NCBI RefSeq assembly: GCF_004010195.1
Contig: NC_057718.1
Span: 84,319,586-84,383,585 of the forward strand
Direction of reading: 5' to 3'
DNA length: 64,000 bases
Source of the DNA: Chiloscyllium plagiosum
Lineage: Eukaryota
The position numbers and the translations under genes are program-made. The notes beneath the pieces are model-generated. The model was not told where the DNA came from, ran no database searches, and saw nothing but the letters and a program-made list of their open reading frames with translations. Positions 63,445-64,000 of this stretch are shown piece by piece. The number at the start of each line of letters is the position of its first letter. The first letter of the stretch is position 1.

Positions 63445-64000
63445 ACCTTACTAGTTTAAACCCTCCCGAGCAGCTCTAGCAAGTCTCCCTGCCAGTATTT
63501 TAGTCCCCTTCCAATTCTGGTGCAATCCATCCTTCTTGTACAGGTCACTTCTACCCCAGAAGAGATTCCAATGATCCAAAAATGTGAATCCTTCTCCCAG
63601 ATACCAGCTCCTCAGCCATGCATTCATCTGCTCTATCATCCTATTCCTGTCATCACTAGCTCGCAGCACAGGGAGTAATCCAGATATTACTACCCTCAAG
63701 GATCACCTTTTTAAGTTCCTACCTAAACTCTATATTCTCCCTTCAGAATCTCATCATTTTCCATTCCTGTGTCATTGGTTCCAATGTGTACAATGACCTC
63801 CTGATGGGCCCTTTCCCCCTTGAACATTCTGCACCCTCTCCGGTGATCCTGGCACCGGTGAAGCAACACACCATTCTGATTTTTCGCTGCTGGCCACAGA
63901 AACATCTGTCTGTACCTCGGACTAGAGAGTCTCCTAACATAATTGATCTCTTGGAACCAGATGTACCCCTCATTAAATTAGAGCCAGTCTTGATACCAGA
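63445..64000 (-). mobile_element. CR1 ORF1 fragment (GDSL/SGNH esterase), frameshifted
   Basis: IMLGDSLVRG (block I), VHIGTND (block III) and LYKKDGLH (block V) lie in different frames. Confidence 0.88.

Noticed and set aside
62777..64000. GALM exon 1 or promoter
   Set aside because: Only AT-rich intron and CR1 sequence; no matching N-terminal peptide or CpG island.

Overview
Eukaryotic, repeat-dense genomic DNA, most likely from a shark or other cartilaginous fish (inferred from HE1/V-SINE-like SINEs, abundant CR1 LINEs and Penelope-like families). The only host gene I can support is GALM (galactose mutarotase / aldose 1-epimerase) on the minus strand. Six coding exons (2-7; 155, 207, 82, 142, 175 and 78 nt) have GT-AG boundaries, a consistent reading frame and intact active-site motifs. 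Exon 1 is not found and presumably lies beyond the right edge. The introns are filled with nested decayed mobile elements: CR1 LINEs (RT, endonuclease, ORF1 GDSL/SGNH esterase), Rex1/Babar LINEs, tRNA-derived SINEs, solo LTRs with target-site duplications (TSDs), and several Penelope-like element (PLE) families whose ends carry hammerhead-ribozyme cores. The most notable observations are: (i) an AT-rich, internally deleted FLYWCH-type Mutator-like DNA transposon that resembles invertebrate elements and is invisible in the ORF track; (ii) three hammerhead cores in the sense orientation of the GALM pre-mRNA; (iii) many ~90-500 bp PLE-end insertions made of ribozyme plus tail, with 10-15 bp TSDs. 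I found no convincing wholly new system. There are three assembly gaps (33591-33940, 54028-54527, 56616-56946). Repeat family names come from motif recognition, not database searches, and most repeat boundaries are approximate.
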